From positions 1-55,808 of the forward strand of contig JAEWOQ010000076.1 of assembly GCA_023460875.1 (NCBI GenBank): a DNA stretch of 55,808 bases, written 5' to 3'. The translations under genes and the position numbers were made by a program. Shown one piece after another: positions 54,282-55,808 of this stretch (its first letter is position 1; each line of letters opens with the position of its first letter). The notes under the pieces were generated by a model. That model made no database searches. It had not been told where the DNA came from and was given only the letters and a program-made list of their open reading frames with translations. This DNA comes from Pseudomonadota bacterium (GTDB lineage Bacteria; Myxococcota_A; Polyangia; Polyangiales; Polyangiaceae).

Positions 54282-55631
54282 ATGATCTCGGCACTCGAGG
54301 ACACGTCTTCCGCGAACCACCGGCCGCGCTTCCCTGGGATCGTCGCGGCGCTGATGGCGGTGCTGCTCACCGCGGCCTCGGGCCGCGCCGAGGCGGCCGT
54401 GGACGGGGCGGATGCTTTCACCAGCGCCCTGAGCCAGGGTCCCCTCTACGCGGCGTTGGCGGCCTTCGTCGGCGGCCTGCTCGTGAGCCTGACCCCCTGT
54501 GTGTACCCGATGATCGCCGTCACGGTGAGCCTGTTCGGGGCACGCCAGTCCGAGAGTCGCTGGCACGGGACACGGCTGAGCGCCGCCTTCGTCGTGGGGA
54601 TCGTCTGCATGTTCACCCCCCTCGGGGTGGTCGCCGGGCTCACGGGGAGCGTCTTCGGATCCGTGCTGCAGAACGGCTGGGTCCTCGTGGGCATCGCCGC
54701 TCTGTTCCTGGCGATGGCCGCCAGCCTGTTCGGCGCCTTCGATCTCGCCTTGCCCGCTGGCCTCGTGAACCGCCTGAATCAGGTCGGGGGCATCGGGGTG
54801 AAGGGAGCCTTCGGGCTCGGCATGGTGTGCGGGCTGATCGCGGCGCCCTGCACGGGCCCCGTCCTCACGGGCATCCTCACCTGGATCGCGCAGACCCAGA
54901 GCGCGGGCTTGGGTGCCCTCGCCATGAGCGCTTTCGCCCTGGGTTTGGGGGTGCCGTTCTTCGCCGTCGGCGCCTTCGCCATGCAGCTGCCGAAGAGCGG
55001 TCAGTGGATGGTCGCCATCAAGAGCGTCCTCGGCGTCGTCATGACGGTGGTGGCCCTCTACTTCCTGAACACCGCCTTCCCGAGGGTGCTCTCCTGGGTG
55101 CGCCCCGATGCGTTGTTCCTGAGCGCTGCCGCAGGCGTCGCCCTCTTCGGCATCTTGCTGGGCGCCATCCACAAGGACTTCCACTCCCCCGAGTGGAAGG
55201 ATCGCGTCGCCAAGGGGCTCGGGATCGCCCTGACCTCCGTGGCGTCCTTCGCGCTCGTGCTCGGCCTGACCACGCCGGAGCGCACCCTGAACTGGGAGGA
55301 GCTGCCCCTCGCCCAGGCGCGAGAGACGGCGGTGCAGGAGGGACGCCCTCTGCTGGTCGACTTCACGGCCGCCTGGTGTGTCGCCTGCAAGAAGCTGGAC
55401 AAGGACACCTTCGCCGAACCCGAGGTGGCCCGGGAAGCAGGGCGCTTCCTCGCGGTGAAGGTCGACGCCACCGACGACGAAGACCCCGCGGTGCGGCAGG
55501 CCATGGATGCCTTGGGCGTCGTGGGACTGCCGACGGTGGTGCTCTTCGACTCCGCCGGACAAGAGGCGGTGCGCTACACGGACTTCGTCCCCGCCGAGCG
55601 GTTCCTCGAGGGCATCCGCTCCGTGAACTAA
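54282..55631 (+). CDS. dsbD: DsbD-family thiol:disulfide reductase (CcdA-like TM core fused to a C-terminal thioredoxin domain; no DsbD-alpha domain)
   Basis: 449 aa with AAGGAG just upstream of the ATG. The TM core has LTPCVYPMI and the second Cys in IAAPCTGPVL. The C-terminal thioredoxin fold has the WCVACK active site. Confidence 0.85.
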   Translation: MISALEDTSSANHRPRFPGIVAALMAVLLTAASGRAEAAVDGADAFTSALSQGPLYAALAAFVGGLLVSLTPCVYPMIAVTVSLFGARQSESRWHGTRLSAAFVVGIVCMFTPLGVVAGLTGSVFGSVLQNGWVLVGIAALFLAMAASLFGAFDLALPAGLVNRLNQVGGIGVKGAFGLGMVCGLIAAPCTGPVLTGILTWIAQTQSAGLGALAMSAFALGLGVPFFAVGAFAMQLPKSGQWMVAIKSVLGVVMTVVALYFLNTAFPRVLSWVRPDALFLSAAAGVALFGILLGAIHKDFHSPEWKDRVAKGLGIALTSVASFALVLGLTTPERTLNWEELPLAQARETAVQEGRPLLVDFTAAWCVACKKLDKDTFAEPEVAREAGRFLAVKVDATDDEDPAVRQAMDALGVVGLPTVVLFDSAGQEAVRYTDFVPAERFLEGIRSVN

Positions 55632-55726
55632 TCCGATAACGCCGCAATACGGCGCTCTCCCCGGCGCAGCGTCCAGCCCGGCTCTTTCATCGGAGCGGAT
55701 CTGTGGCGACACTGGGGCGCTTCCTC

Positions 55727-55808
55727 ATGGCAGATCGAATCGTCCTCGCCCTCATCCCGGTCGTCCTGGCCGTCGCTTGCAGCAGCCCCGACGAGCCCAC
55801 TGCGCTGC
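55727..55808 (+). CDS. Lipoprotein, N-terminal fragment that runs off the window
   Basis: The ATG at 55727 gives MADRIVLALIPVVLAVAC-SSPDEPTAL, a canonical lipobox. Only 27 codons are visible. Confidence 0.4.
   Translation, partial: MADRIVLALIPVVLAVACSSPDEPTAL

Noticed and set aside
53925-55712. 595-aa ORF on the - strand
   Set aside because: It is antisense to the DsbD-like gene (TM Cys motifs and WCVACK thioredoxin site). It is a shadow ORF.
1-55808. Search for CRISPR arrays, rRNA/tRNA genes, transposases, integrases, prophage or toxin-antitoxin/defence cassettes
   Set aside because: I saw no spaced identical repeats, no tRNA-like cloverleaf candidates in the short intergenic gaps, and no ORF with recombinase, transposase or phage-like motifs. 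The only repeats present are short tandem units. A covariance-model scan (tRNAscan/Infernal) would be needed to exclude small RNAs rigorously.

Overview
This is a very GC-rich chromosomal segment; in real genes the third codon position is almost always G or C. The gene content looks like Myxococcota. That call is inferred from many TPR, PEGA, FG-GAP and FGE-domain envelope proteins, FHA and Ser/Thr-kinase-like proteins, an NtrC-type activator and abundant lipoproteins, not from any search. I support about 48 protein-coding genes, many joined by ATGA or GTGA stop/start overlaps. I found no rRNA, tRNA, CRISPR array, transposase or integrase. Recognisable housekeeping blocks are: an M16 peptidase pair; glmS; glgC plus a GT4-type glycogen synthase; a partial ATP synthase operon (b', b, delta, alpha, gamma) preceded by folK; an RluA-type pseudouridine synthase; YihY; a ClpA/C-like unfoldase; ruvA; a MutT-like NUDIX hydrolase; comF; mutS2; divergent ku and ligD (NHEJ); and a DsbD-like reductase. 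The rest encodes secreted, lipoprotein or membrane proteins without a clear function. I see no self-contained defence or mobile system. The most system-like unexplained unit is the minus-strand run at 28431-34183, with a divergent paralogue at 34340-35173. It encodes a TPR+PEGA membrane protein, an FG-GAP lipoprotein, a kinase-less sigma54 activator and an FGE-domain lipoprotein. Other points worth a second look:
- a beta-barrel / secreted protein / TPR trio at 1999-5621
- a roughly 50-aa insertion in AtpA
- an atp operon lacking a, c, beta and epsilon
- a comF reading frame that stays open about 350 bp into the next gene
- a catalytically dead kinase preceded by a perfect 18-bp palindrome
- a degenerate receiver plus J-like protein lacking HPD
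- three 13-bp direct repeats upstream of a GT2 gene
- tandem paralogous 4-Cys lipoproteins
All family assignments come from motif reading by eye and need HMM or BLAST confirmation.
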